In this document: positions 20,801-32,547 of the stretch, in pieces
How the letters are laid out: each line of letters opens with the position of its first letter
Position numbering within the stretch: position 1 is the first letter of the stretch
Source: the human T2T-CHM13v2.0 reference genome, Homo sapiens
Reading direction: 5' to 3' (one strand)
Assembly (NCBI RefSeq): GCF_009914755.1
Contig: NC_060927.1
Length of the DNA stretch: 64,000 nt
Translations under genes and position numbers: made by a program
The notes under the pieces: generated by a model
Told to the model about the DNA's origin: nothing
Seen by the model: only the letters and a program-made list of their open reading frames with translations
Databases searched by the model: none

Positions 20801-23714
20801 TATTAATTTTCTGTCTTGTTGATCTAATATTGACAGTGGCGTGTTAAATCTCCCACTATTATTGTGTGGGAGTCTAAGTCTTTTTGTAGGTCTCTAAGAA
20901 CCTGCTTTATGAATCTGGGTGCTCCTGTATTGGGTACATATACATTTAGGATAATTAGCTCGTCTTGAATTGATCCCTTTACCATTATGTAATGCTCTTC
21001 TTTGTCTTTTTTGATCTTTGTTGGTTTAAAGTCTGTTTTATCAGAGACTAGGATTGCAACCCCTGTTTTTTTTTTTTTTTTTTTTTTTTGCTTTCCATTT
21101 GCTTTGTAAGTATTCCTCCATCCCTTTAGTTTGAGCCTATGTGTGTCTTTGCATGAGATAGGTTTCCTGAATACAGCACACTGATGGGTCTTGACTCTTT
21201 ATCAAGACCCTTCTTTGCCAGTCTGTGTCTTTTAATTGGGGCATTTAGCCCATTTACATTTAAGGTAAGTATTGTTATGTGTGAATATGATCCTATCATT
21301 ATGAGGATAGCTGGTTATTTTGCCTGCTAGTTGATGCAGTTTCTTCATAGTGTCGATGGTCTTTACAATCTAATATGTTTTTGCAGTGGCTGGTACCAGT
21401 TGTTCCTTTCCATATTTAGTGCTTCCTTCAGGAGCTCTTCTAAGGCAGGCCTGGTGGTGACAAAATCTCTCAGCATTTGCTTGTCTGTAAAGAATTTCAT
21501 TTCTCCTTCACTTAAGAAGCTTAGTTTGGCTAAATATGAAATTCTGAGTAGAAAGTTCTTTTAAGAATATTGAATATTGTCCCCCTCTCTCTTCTGGCTT
21601 GTAGGGTTTCTGCAGAGATCCACAGTTAGTCTGATGGGCTTCCTTTTGTGGGTAACCTGACCTTTCTCTCTGGCTACTCTTAACATTTTTTTCTTCATCT
21701 CAACCTTGGTGAATCTGACAATTATGTGTCTTGGGGTTGCTCTTCTTGAGGAGTATCTCTTTGTGGTGTTCTGTGTATTTCCTAAATTTGAATGTTGGCC
21801 TGCCTTGCTAGATTGGGGAAGTTCTCCTGGACAATATCCTGCAGAGTGTTTTCCAACTTTGTTCCATTCTCCCCGTCACTTTCAGGTACACCAATGAGAT
21901 GTAGATTTGGTCTTTTCACAAAGTCCCATATTTCTTGGAGGCTTTGTTCATTCTTTTTCATTCTTTTTTTCTCTAATCTTGTCATCTTGCTTTATTTCAT
22001 TAAGTTGATCTTCAATCTCTGATATCCTTTCTTCCACATAATCGATTCAGCTATTGATACTTGTGTATGCTTCGCAAAGTTCTTGTGCTGTGTTTTTCAG
22101 CTCCGTCAGCTCATTTGTTTTCTTCTCTAAACTGGTTATTCTAGTTAGAAATTTGTCTAACCTTTTTCCAATGATCTTAGCTTCCTTGCATTAGGTTAGA
22201 ACATGTTCCTTTAGCTCGGAGAAATTTGTCATTACCCACTCTGAAGCCTACTTCTGTCAATTCATCAAACTTATTCTCCATCCAGTTTTGTTCCCTTGCT
22301 GGCAAGGAGTTGTGATCCTTTGAAGTAAAAGAGAAGTTCTGTGTTTTTGGAATTTTCAGTCTTTTTATGCTGGTTTTTCCTCAATCTTTGTGGATTGATC
22401 TACCTTTGGTCTTTGATGTTGGTGACCTTGGGATGGAGTTCTTCTGTGGATGTCCTTTTTGTTCACACTGATGCTATTCCTTGCTGTTTGTTATTTTTCT
22501 TTCTAACAGTCAGGCCCCCTCTGCCTCAGGTCTGCTGGAGATTGCTGGAGGTCCACTCCAGACCCTGTTTACCTGGGTATCACCAATGGAGGCTGCAGAA
22601 CAGCAAAGATTGCTGCCTGTTCCTTCCTCTGGAAGCTTTATCCCAGAGGGGCACTCACCAGATGCCAGCTGAAACTTTCCTGTATGAAGTATCTGTTGAC
22701 TCCTGCTGGGAGGTGTCTCCCAGTCAGGAGGCACAAGGGTCAGTGACCAACTTGAGGAGGCAGTCTGTCCCTTAGTAGAGCTCAAATGCTGTGCTGAAAA
22801 ATCTGCTGCTCTCTTCAGAGCCAGCTGGCAGGAACGTTTCAGTCTGCTGAAGCTGTGCCCACAGCTGCCCCTTCCCCCAAGTGCTCTGTCCCAGGGAGAT
22901 GGGAGTTTTATCTATAAGCCCCTGACTGTGGCTACTGCCTTTGTTTCAGAGAGAAGGAATCTAGAGAGGCAGTCTGGCGACAGTGGCTTTGCCAAGCTGT
23001 TGTGGGCTCCACCCAGTTTGAACTTCCCTGGGGGCTTTGTTTACACTATGAAGGGAAAACTGCCTACTCAAGCCTCAGTAATGGCGGATGCCCCTTGCCC
23101 CCACCAAGCTCCAGCATCCCAGGTCAACTTCAGATTGCTGTGCTGGCCATGAGAATTCCAAGCCAGTGGATCTGAGCTTGTTGGGCTTCGTGGGGATGGG
23201 ATCCACTGAGCTAGACCACTTGGCTCCCTGGCTTCAGCCCCCATCTCAGGGGAGTAAACGATTCTGTCTAGCTGGCATCCCCGGTGCCACTGGGGTATGA
23301 AAAAAAACTCCTGCAGCTAGCTCTGTGTTTGCCCAAACAGCTGCCCAGTTTTGCACTTGAAACCCAGGGCCCTGGTGGCATAGGCATCTGAGGGAATCTT
23401 CTGGTCTGCAGGTTGTGAAGACTGTGGGAAAAGCATAATATCTGGGCTGGAATGCACCATTCCTCATGGCACAGTCCCTCATGACTTCCTTTGGCTGGGG
23501 GAGGGAGTTCCCTGACCCCTTGCACTTCCCAGGTGAGGTGACACCCCACCCTGCTTCAGCTCACCCTCCGTGGGCTGCCCCCACTGTCTAACCAGTCCCA
23601 TTGAGATGAGCCAGATACCTCAGTTGGAAATGCAGAAGTCACCCGCCTTCTGCATTGATCTTGCTGGGAGCTGCAGACCAGATCTGTTCCTATTCAGCCA
23701 TCTTGCCAGTGACC
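17826..23714 (-). mobile_element. Near full-length L1PA7-like LINE-1 lacking its 3'UTR (element B)
   Basis: PA7-type 5'UTR at ~22500-23714, ORF1 fragments (21782-21985), ORF2 fragments including LFADDM (18404-19027); no poly-A or 3' TSD. Confidence 0.92.
20114..20408 (+). mobile_element. AluSc/Sc8-like element inserted in element B
   Basis: Complete dimer; TSD aaattttcctcta / aaattccctctg. Confidence 0.9.
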
Positions 23715-23839
23715 CAACCACCGCTTTTTGGGTAGAAATTATAAAAGCCTGAATGCACTTTTTCTTTTAGTTGGAAAAATGTTTAAGCACCATTGCAAAC
23801 AGTAGCAAATAAACTTTCATAAGAGAATATATTCATTGA

Positions 23840-23960
23840 TAGAGCAAGTACAATAAAAAGTTAATTGTAGAATCTAGGTAGAGAATATACAGATGTGCAT
23901 TATAAATTCTTTCAACTATACTATATGTCTAACAAATTTTCAAAATAAAAACTTGGAAAA
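23840..23960 (+). mobile_element. L1ME-type 3' terminus fragment
   Basis: gttaattgtagaatctaggt...aattctttcaact...ttttcaaaataaaaacttggaaaaa. Confidence 0.6.
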
Positions 23961-25204
23961 AGTTTTTAAGCAGGTTAAATATGACTTAAAATATAAAAGC
24001 ATTAGCAAAATATACACTCTAGTTAAAATTCCATATTAGTAGATAATAAAAAGTACTAATCAATCTTATGAATGCAAAGTTTGAAAAATGCAAAAATAAA
24101 CATATGAACAAAAAATCACTATCATGTTGACTAGCCATTTTATTGCATCCTTTTGTTAAGGATGGAATAATAGCTAGCTATAGGATACCTATAATAAGTA
24201 CAATTAAAACAAAGCATAAAGAAAGGTTAAAACAAAAGAACGAACAAATAAAATATAAAGAAATACCTTCAATAATTCTACCAAAACAGGAAATATTTAA
24301 ATATGTGGCCTTCCTTTGAATGAAAACCAAGAGGGAATGGTTCCCTTTGCCTCTATAGATGTTTCACTGTCGCTTTTTTCTTCTTCTTTAAGCAAGTTAG
24401 GAATCCAATTGTATAAGAAACGAAGGAGTAACTTAAAAGGCTGAAGTTAAAAGCGTTGATTTGCACTAGAGTGAATTTTATGGGCTTTGCTGTTTTCTGA
24501 GTTTTCTCTGCAAGCTTTACTTCTAAGTGCTCTTTGTAAGCCTGAAGAGCAACATCATGCTAAATTTTCATTTCTTAAAGGACATCTCATTTTTTGGATT
24601 TAGGATGTTAGCAATTTGCATACCTATAGCATACTGATCTTCCTGTGCTTAATTCTTCCCAACAATCCAGAAGACTGGGATTATGCCAAATAATAAGGCA
24701 CCATAACAACCAGATGGCTGGTGGAAGACGCAGCCCAGCAGGTCTTTTGCCTACACAATATCACACCACTGCCTAAGGGCTCCCCAGTATAAGAGGCAAT
24801 CTCACCAACAACCTCAACAGAAGAGGCATCCTGCCTGCCTCTCGTTCCTGACCTTGCCACTTGGATATTATAACAGCTAGGTGGGATCAGGCAGCTCAGC
24901 ACCTGTTATTTGGCAGTGGGTGTCTGCAAAATATTTCACTTCTACAATAGGCGGGGGGTATTAAATAAAACCTAGTTCAGGTGTGAGGATAAATGTAACC
25001 TACATCTGCTCACAAATTTTGATGATGCACTGCTGGTGGGAAAAAGCACTAATCATGAACAGATATCATTTGTTGCTTAAAAATAGTCAAAGTATATATT
25101 TAAATAGAACAAGATGATTTCTTAAAACTTGTGAGGATTGAAGTAGTATACAAGTCCTAATAATTATTTTCTGGGCCCAAACTAAAAACATCTATGGTGA
25201 TTTT

Positions 25205-25430
25205 TTTTTTAATGCTAGACACTATGCTAAGTGATTTAGGGGAATTGTTTTATTTGGTTTTCATAACTTTCTTTGTAAGTCCCAATATTATCCCTTTTTA
25301 CAAAGGAGGAGACTGAGGCTCAATGCACCTTAAGAACTGTCTCTGTGACCCTAGCATGTATGTACAGCTAGGGTTTTAATAGGTCTAATCTGACACCCAA
25401 TCCAGTGATTTTCTCCACCCAGCAGTACTG
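25205..25430 (-). mobile_element. MIR
   Basis: attatccctttttacaaaggaggagactgaggctca. Confidence 0.6.
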
Positions 25431-25713
25431 ACTCCAAGAGCGTTGTATTGGGTTACTAAAGTCAAATATGAAGTTGAGACAAATTTGTACCACATATGGA
25501 GTTTGGCAAATATTAAACTCTCTTCTTCTAAATTCTAAAACAGTTAAAGATATTTCTGAAAGAAAATTATATAACATAGTATATTGCTCAAATTTCAGAA
25601 CCTTGAAATGAGTTAAAATCATGGTAGATGCCATATTTGCTTCCTGTTACAATTAAGATTAAAAATAACCCTCTATTATCTATAACTATATAAAATATAC
25701 AGCATATAATTAT

Positions 25714-25790
25714 ATAAAATGAGAAGCACAGATGTTATATAGTAATATTGTTATAATATCCTATTACTAAATCAGTGCTTCTCATTTTAT
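25714..25790. repeat. Inverted repeat / hairpin with perfect 16-bp outer arms
   Basis: ataaaatgagaagcac (25714-25729) is the reverse complement of gtgcttctcattttat (25775-25790); inner tagtaata/tattacta also pair. Confidence 0.85.
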
Positions 25791-26269
25791 TTTTCTTAAT
25801 CTGTTAGGTTTTTCTCCTACCTGATGCTCTTTTTTCCCAACAATTATATTTTCCTAGGCTCCCTGAAGACAGAGAGCAGGAATGCAATACATTAGCAAAT
25901 AACAGTGAGCTCCAGCGCTTCCCCCAACCCCCGCCCCACCATTTTCTGTAAGTTATTTCTGATTCCTTTGATAATTTAAGAAAATAAAAGAAACTTGGAT
26001 CTTATTTCAAAGTTATATCAAAACAATCATTTTAAAGCGGAAACTCCAACATCATAAAAATTACAGATTTTTTTAAAGTATACTAAACCTAATTGAATTT
26101 ATCTTAAATAGGCGTAGTTATGAAGACCAGTATTATGTATATGGAAAAATTGTGAAAAGTTAATACAAGTGTTTTATTTATCCAGAAACTTCTTATCTGG
26201 CAAACTCAGTCTATTCTTGAAGCAACCAGGAAGGTAGAAACAAAGACATTTGATCAATCAAAAAAGAGT

Positions 26270-26575
26270 TCTGGAAGTCACAAACACACATGACCAAGGA
26301 GGCCAAGTTGATGTGGCACCTGAATTATGTGAGTCAACGGGAATGGTGGTGACCAAGGATACGGTATCTAAAGTGAGCAACAGCTACTCAGCACTAGTGG
26401 GGTTTTGCTGAGTAGGACCAAGGTCATAGGATCTTCCAAGTTTCAAACAGAGGCAAAGCTTCCAGATGTCTCATGTGACATTTCATGTTATCTGAAGCAC
26501 CGCACAGGGAAAAAAAAAAAAAAAAAAACTCTACCATCCAAGACCCAACATGTGGATGCCTCTGAACTCTGTGCT
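26270..26575 (+). mobile_element. MER102-like hAT-Charlie remnant
   Basis: cagctactcagc...ggatcttccaagtttcaaacagaggcaaagcttccagat. Confidence 0.5.
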
Positions 26576-27589
26576 AGCTCTACCTCCTACCTATGCATGG
26601 ACACCTAGGAGATTTGAGTGGCTCTCCCAAGGTCAGACAGTTAGAAAGGGACAGAACTGGAAAGAGAACTTAGGTCTCCTGTCAACCTCATGCTCTCCAT
26701 ATTTATATCACAGCCCCCAGAACAGACAACCGATGAATTTTCTTGGCAGCTCTTCCTCCAGCACATCACAGCAAGCCCACCGGTGGGCCATCCTCCGGGA
26801 AATGGGTAGAAAGCAAGTAGTGAATGTGGCTGACACTGCACCAAGCTGTTCTGTGTCCTTCAGTCAATCATGCCTGCATTATTTTTCCCTTTGAAATGAC
26901 AGTTTATCCTCAGAAATAGGATTTTATCAACAATGAAGGGGATTCTACTTAGGTGTTTTCACCGTTAAGCAAATTGAGAACTAGTCTCGGGAAAAGAATC
27001 TGTTTAGTGTCATTGAAACACTGCCCAAAGGAAAAAAAAAAAAAAAACAGAAACAAAAACTAAGATTAATATTAAGCTATAAAGATGGCATTTTTCTTCT
27101 CAAAGTACTTTTCAAACTCTGTAATCTCATTACAAGTCAATGAAAATTCATGGCTCTGATGCATCTTGCATGACAGGATTTCTAAGCACTTACAGAGCCA
27201 TAAATTCCCATCAAGAACATCTCACAACCTGAAATTCTCCAAAGGAAACTCTTCCGGTTCCTCACTCGAATTGGGCCTTATATTCCCATCACCAGTCTTT
27301 GGCCTCGTCCAGAGCAAACCCATGAACTCATGGACTAGATATATTATTTTTCCATGTACAGTAAATTCAAAATTAAGAAAAACAAAGTCTATGCTCATAT
27401 CATCCAGAATCATCTTTTATAACATCTTTGAGAAACTCAAATAAAGCTTGTACAAACTCCACTTTGCTGTAATTTTCTGACTCTTGATAATGTTACTATT
27501 ATTGAAGTATCAAGAGTAATAGGGAAATAGGTTACCTTCTTTAAGTTAGTGTAAATATTTAGTAGCAAAAACACACGTTGTTTAATACA

Positions 27590-27750
27590 TGTCAGACATT
27601 TTCATTGGCACTCTATGAGGGAGCTACCATTATCAGCATCATACAGATGAGAAACTGAGGCACAGGGAAGTGAAGTAAGTGGCCCAAGTGCAGTGCCAGG
27701 ACTTGAATCCAGGGAGTCTGTCAGAGTTCAAATACTTGATAGACCACACT
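27590..27750 (-). mobile_element. MIR
   Basis: atacagatgagaaactgaggcacagggaagtgaagtaagtggcccaag. Confidence 0.7.
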
Positions 27751-28269
27751 GCCTTATGGAGAGGCATCGGTCCTTCTTTAGTAAGGGGATCTGGGCTTTC
27801 TCTTATCTGCTGTGGTAAAAAGTTCCCTGTGAGGGTGTTGGAGTCCTAGAAGTCCACATAGGTTCATGTACTGTCCCTGAGGCTCTCCTTAGAGGTCACA
27901 TCCACCATAAGGATGGGCGATTCAGGGTCATATTTCATCAGGGCCCCTGAGAGCTTCTTCTTAATCCCAAGGCCATTTAAGGCACTGGGGAAAGCTTTCC
28001 ACAACGGAAATAAGTCTGCTTCTGAACTGAAGAGGAGGAATTATCTACCTACTCTCAAGAATATTCCTTTCCATCTATAAATAGGATTCTGCAGAGATAT
28101 GTGTGGGAAGGTTTGGAAATAAAAGAGGCAGGAGCAAGCACAGGGCCCCCTCAGTCCAGCAGGCTGCCCAAGACCCCCTGCATATTCCCGCTTATGGGCT
28201 TAGGAGAATGGGGGAAGGAGGTTGTAAAGCATCATTCTGAAAAGGGTCAAGCCAGATTTAAGTCATCAT

Positions 28270-28450
28270 TTATTTTAGCAGGCTCTTTCATTTTATCCTC
28301 CTGGTAATCCCTTGAGGTTGATGTTATTATCATTTGACACATGAAGAAATTGAGGTTAAAATTAGCTAAGCTACTTGCCCAAGATCAAGCCTCTTGGTAA
28401 AAGAGAGCAAGAAAGTAAAACCTAAGATCTATGTGAACTAGTCCAGTGCT
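28270..28450 (-). mobile_element. MIR
   Basis: catttgacacatgaagaaattgagg...ctacttgcccaagatca. Confidence 0.6.
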
Positions 28451-28773
28451 CTGTATGAGCAGGAGGGAAAAACAGAAGCCCAAATGCCCTAGATGTCAAC
28501 CATCAGTGAAAAATCAAAACTGATAGAGTCTATGGGTTTAGAAGGTCTTGTCCGAGGACTCTCTTTATTTTGAAATGTGCATTTACATTGCCTATATGGC
28601 TCTATGAAATGGTCTTCATCTGTATTCAGAGAGAAGCAGAGAAAATAAAAATATTGGCGCAGAGTATGTTGGGACTAGAAATTATGGCATTAAGGGAGAT
28701 AGGGTACTGGTTCTAGAGTTTCTCAGGGAACCTACCCCTCACCCTCCAAGTTCTCAGATTTATAAACTGTTAC

Positions 28774-29405
28774 TGATACAGGAGCTAAAAAGAAATTATT
28801 GAGGCAGATAGGGAGGACAACAGACTCCTCAGTGGAATTTCCCTTTTAACAAAAGGCAGCCCCAAAATCATTTCTTTTCTAACAAAGAGCAGCCTGAAAA
28901 ATCAAGCTACAGACATAGAAAAGCAAGCTGAAAGCTTGCATGGGGGAATGCCGGCAGCTGTGCCAATAGAAAAGGGCTACCTGGAAGACAGGCATGTTCA
29001 ACATGGAGACTCCATCTTCTCTTTTCTTTGTCACCACATGTACAGTAAGAAACAGGCAACATGGAGCTCGCTAGGTAGAGAACCCATCTGCATGATAAAA
29101 GATTAGAGTGGGGGTGGCCAGATTTTCACGCACTATGCAAATGACACACCTGGTCCGACCAATCTTTCATGCTCTATATAAATCAGACACCGTCTCCTCA
29201 AGCTCACCTATAAAACCTTCTACACTTCACTGCGGAAGTGGCAACCCATTTTCTCTGAGACCCCTTTCTGTAGCAAGAGAGCTTTTCTCTTTCTTTTGCC
29301 TATTACATTTCTGCTCTGAACCTCACTCTTGTGTGTCTGCATTCTAGTTTTCCATGGTTGTGAGACAATAAATCCCGAGTATTTAACCCAGACAACAATG
29401 CTGCT
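28774..29405 (+). mobile_element. MER61-family ERV1 solo LTR
   Basis: Starts tgatacaggagctaaaaagaaattatt; contains ATGCAAAT and TATAAAA; ends ccagacaacaatgctgct. Confidence 0.8.
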
Positions 29406-29639
29406 ACCCTATCACCCCCAAAACCAGAGCAGAAGCCAAACTCAGGCATCAGATCACCAATGACAAACTCAAAGTGCCAGAGAGCATCTACCTCAGCCTG
29501 TGCCCGGCCCAACAAAGTGAAAAGAGAAATCAGAGGTTCAGAAACTCAAGGTCAAATAGAAAGTCTCTGTAACAAAGACTAGAATCTACTCTTGCTATTA
29601 GTTTGGGATTCACTCCTCTGCTTTCTACTTTCTGGTTAT

Positions 29640-29885
29640 AGTATAGGCATTGCAACTATGGTTTACAGCTCTGGGTCAAATCAACGAAGGTTCAAGTTGT
29701 GATGCTAATTTGTGACCTTGAACAAGTTTTTTAACCTGGTATGCACATTGGTTTCCTCATTAGCAAAATGGGGATAGTAATGGTGCCTACCTAATAGAGT
29801 TATGAAGCATAGAAGCTCGAGTTATTATGCATATAAACACTTCGTACAGAATCCGACCCAAGGATGTGTTCAATAAATGTTAGCA
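29640..29885 (+). mobile_element. MIR
   Basis: tgtgaccttgaacaagtt...ggtttcctcattagcaaaatgggatagtaatggtgcctacct...caataaatgttagc. Confidence 0.75.
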
Positions 29886-30229
29886 GTTGATTATGATGCT
29901 CATGAAAGTACATTATAAACTGAAGTGCCATTTGGATGTTACTTATTACCACAGCCTAATATTCCTAACAAGGTCCTATACTATATAAATCTATTCTCCC
30001 TTACATAACATAATAGCATTTAGGCAGTTACAAGATCTATAAAGCCATCTTGTTTCTCATCATTTTTAATACAAGAAATGCAAACTACATACATAATCCT
30101 TTCTAATATTCTTACGTATCACAATCCAGACCCAGATAGTAAATATGTCTTTGCACAAAGCTACAGATTAGCCAATAAGACAAATAGCCCTCTCTGACAA
30201 CAGTATATATTTAAAATACAATTGAAAGA

Positions 30230-31025
30230 TGTAGTGTAATAAAAATATATATTTGGTCTTTGTCCCAGTGTTCCTGGCACAGAGCTCCTAACTCCTTTGG
30301 AATTTCCTCAGCAGTAGGAATATCTTTTGTGATTTACAATGAGACACTTAGACCATACCTGCATTTATGCTGATGAGATGACTCATGGCAAGGCTCCCTC
30401 AATTGCTTCAGGATGAGTGCTAGTCACAGAAAGTCCAAACATGTTTAGAGAGTGGGAACTATCAACCCTATCCTCTAGTCGATGGGGATGAAAGACAAAC
30501 TGGAAATTGAGTTCCATCATATGGCCAGTCACTTCAAAAATCACATTTACATTATGAAACCTCAATAAAAATTCAGAAAACTAAGGCTTGTAGAATGTCC
30601 CTCTTGGTGACCACATGTGTTTGCAAGGCTGGCACACCTGGAGAGGGCATGGAAGTGCTGAGCCTCTCCCTCAGCCTCGTATCTTACCCTTTGCGTCTCT
30701 TCCACTTGGCTTTCCCTGAGTTGTACCCTTTATAATAAAACTGTTATCATAACTACAGTTGTTTCTTGACTTCTGTGAGCTGTTGTAGCAAATTATCAAA
30801 CCTGACGGCGTAATTTCATGAAAACTTCCAAATTTGTCACCAGCTGGGCAGAAGTGCAGAGGGCTTGGGGGCATTTGGGATTGAGAGCTGGCATGTGAAG
30901 TAGGGGTGGTCTTGTGGGACTCAGCCCTTCAACCTGTGGGGTCTGTGCTAGCTCTGGGTAGTTACTGTCTGAAGGGAATTGAACTGTAAGACTCCAGCTG
31001 GTATCAGAAAGCTGCTGTTGGGATG
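30230..31025 (+). mobile_element. MER21-family LTR
   Basis: tgtagtgtaataaaaatatatatttggtctttgtccc...ttcctggcacagagctcctaa...ggtcttgtgggactcagcccttcaacctgtggggtctg. Confidence 0.75.
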
Positions 31026-31539
31026 ACACAGAAGATAGTTGCTTTAATTTTGAGCCTTCATTTACGTGTTGGTAACTGAGCTAGTAAGAGCTCTCTAGCT
31101 CTACTTCCCCTTGTGATTAATAGATTCCCCCCTGTGGAGCAAGAAAAGAAAGGTTGTCTGCACCCTCTATCCTCAGGGTGTGTCTGAGGTTATGGAGATA
31201 CAAGGCAGTCACCATGATAAAAATCTAAAGCTGAATTTTAAAAGCAGCCTCAATGACATACTAAACATTTGACTTGTTTTTGTCACCCTTGGTTAGGACA
31301 AACCCTTCCAATTGTAAATTGAGAAAGATGTGTTTGCTTCAAAGGCATTGCACAGAAATACAGGTTAGCTGCAGATCCAGGTAATTATAAGGCAGCATGG
31401 GGGTGGGACAGAATCCTTGAGTTCCAATCTTGGTTCTGCCTCAGAGTTTAAGTGGCCTCACCAAGGTCATACAGCCAAGGAGTTTCTATTTCTTCATTCA
31501 TACAGTGAGGAAGTTGCATGAATTTTGAAAGTGTGTTCC

Positions 31540-31698
31540 AGGAGCCACTTGTGTCAAACCCAGCTGGTATGCTTAGAAAGGCAGTCTATGTTGCCCCACA
31601 TCTGATGACGCAAAATATCTGGGGTTTTGCACCCTGGAATCTACATTACTGATAAGCCTTTTGGGCGATTCTGATGCCCAGTAAAAGTAACAACTGCG
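31540..31698. mobile_element. MER5-like hAT remnant
   Basis: ccctggaatctacatt...gcgattctgatgcccagtaaaag. Confidence 0.45.
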
Positions 31699-31839
31699 AC
31701 TTCTTTTCATTCTGATAAAGTATTTTATAGCATGATTTCCATCACATCATTTGTCTAAGTATAGAATAAGTTATGTGTGGTCAGGGCATCAAAAAGGCAG
31801 GCATCAGGTATTTCAGTATTAATAAGTCTTGCTAAGTAT

Positions 31840-32547
31840 TGATATGGACAGGAGACAGGGAAATACTGGGTAGAAGAGGGTGGGTTCCCTGGCAAAGGCC
31901 CCACCCTCAAGCCTGGAAACCTGCAGCCCTAAATTAGATCAGGCATTCCGGTTTACATGCCCAAAAAGTTGCCTTTGGCCTACCATGCCCCATATTCTGT
32001 ACCCATATAAACCCCAAACTCTAGACTTCAGAAGGAGAAGATGAGCAGACGAGCAGATGAACAGAAGAATGGCATGGCAGAGAAGGAGCGTCTGAACGTC
32101 AGGAGGAGTTCAGCTGGGGATGGTCAGAGAATCAGTTGCTGGATGGCCAAACTCCAGGGGAAGATAATCTTCCCAATCCATCCCCTGTCCAGCTCCCCAT
32201 CCCTCCCACTGAGAGCCACCTCCACCACCCAATAAAACCCAGCATTCACCATCATTCAAGTCTGTGTGTGACCTGATTCTTCTGGTATACCGGACAAGAA
32301 CTCGGGATACAGAATACTGTCACACTGGCCCCCTACCCTTGCAAAAAGGCAGAGGGTCCACTGAGCTGGGTAACATTTAAGCCATTCACAGACAGTAAGC
32401 CTAAAAGAGCACAGTGTAACACACGCCCACTTAGGCTCCTTCACCTGTCTGTCTGCATGCTCCCCCTCCTGTAAGGGGTTTGAGCAGCAACAAGCCACAC
32501 CCCTGTCACACGTCCTCTGAGGGGGGTCAGGGAGCTCTCCCATTTCA
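31840..32547 (+). mobile_element. MER50 ERV1 solo LTR
   Basis: TG...CA ends, starts tgatatggacaggagacagggaaatactgggtagaag; 4-bp TSD gtat at 31836-31839 and 32548-32551. Confidence 0.88.

Noticed and set aside
27166-27444. Short ORFs in unique DNA (also 33839-34186 and 37650-37973)
   Set aside because: No recognisable domain or convincing exon structure; lengths expected by chance.
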